This document shows, piece by piece, positions 63,448 to 64,000 of a stretch of DNA of 64,000 nucleotides. Origin of the DNA: Tubiluchus corallicola. Taxonomy: Eukaryota; Animalia; Priapulida. Both the position numbers and the translations under genes were made by a program. Position 1 is the first letter of the stretch. Each line of letters begins with the position of its first letter. The notes beneath the pieces are model-generated. The model had not been told where the DNA came from, made no database searches, and saw nothing but the letters and a program-made list of their open reading frames with translations. The stretch spans positions 1 through 64,000 of the forward strand of contig JAQGDQ010000646.1 in the NCBI GenBank assembly GCA_030141605.1, read 5' to 3'.

Positions 63448-64000
63448 AAACCCTACGTTTTAATATTTCATTTTTGTACTTTTATTTTAAAATATTTGTG
63501 TGTGATATAGGAAAAACACGCTGATAAATTGCTTCTTTACTTTACAGCAAGGTTTTGCACATCAAGCTTCAATATTTATAAAAAAGTTATTAACCACAAA
63601 CTAAAAGAACGAACACAATATGTGAGAGGAGTGTATTTACCAATAGACTAACTAGGCTATACTCTTTGTCACCAAGTTTTGAGGGGCACCAATTTTTAGG
63701 GCCCAGCGTAGAAAAAATTCTCATTTCCGGAAATTGCATATCCTTTCATAGTTACATAAAGCGCGTATTTTATAGCACACCACAAGCAGTTATAATTACT
63801 TTTATATAAGTTTCTATATTACATAAACGGTACTACACTACAAGCAGCTATGCAGCTTCCTTAGACAAGAGTTTATTCTCTTGTATGTAAATTAGCAATA
63901 ACTACGTACGTATTGGTTTACAGTATTACTAATATACCGGTAATACCGTAAGTAATTGTGTACTGCGCTTGACATATAAACAATCATAAACCCGTACAGA

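Overview
AT-rich eukaryotic (invertebrate metazoan, plausibly lophotrochozoan) genomic DNA, not prokaryotic. Most ORF-track entries are spurious or are exon/LINE fragments. Two protein-coding genes can be reconstructed. (1) A complete minus-strand SGSM1/2-family (RUTBC; RUN + TBC Rab-GAP) gene: 24 core coding exons plus a 21-nt microexon, from ATG 43729 to TGA 6331, all GT-AG and phase-consistent, about 1075-1082 aa. (2) A plus-strand EOGT (EGF-domain O-GlcNAc transferase) whose entire CDS (51757-53352) lies in one exon, with a signal peptide and C-terminal KSEL. The introns and intergenic DNA hold many 5'-truncated LINE ends (CR1, L2, RTE and an unclassified family), several MITE families, tRNA-derived SINEs, minisatellites and microsatellites. 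The most notable observations are: a LINE family with two copies each embedded in a microsatellite; a minisatellite that multiplies an SGSM 5' splice site into stop-creating decoy donors; a UGC-preceded microexon and two further in-frame candidate cassette exons; and an intronless EOGT bracketed by two copies of one MITE and possibly nested antisense in the SGSM 5'-UTR intron. All of this was read by eye; no alignments or database searches were run.
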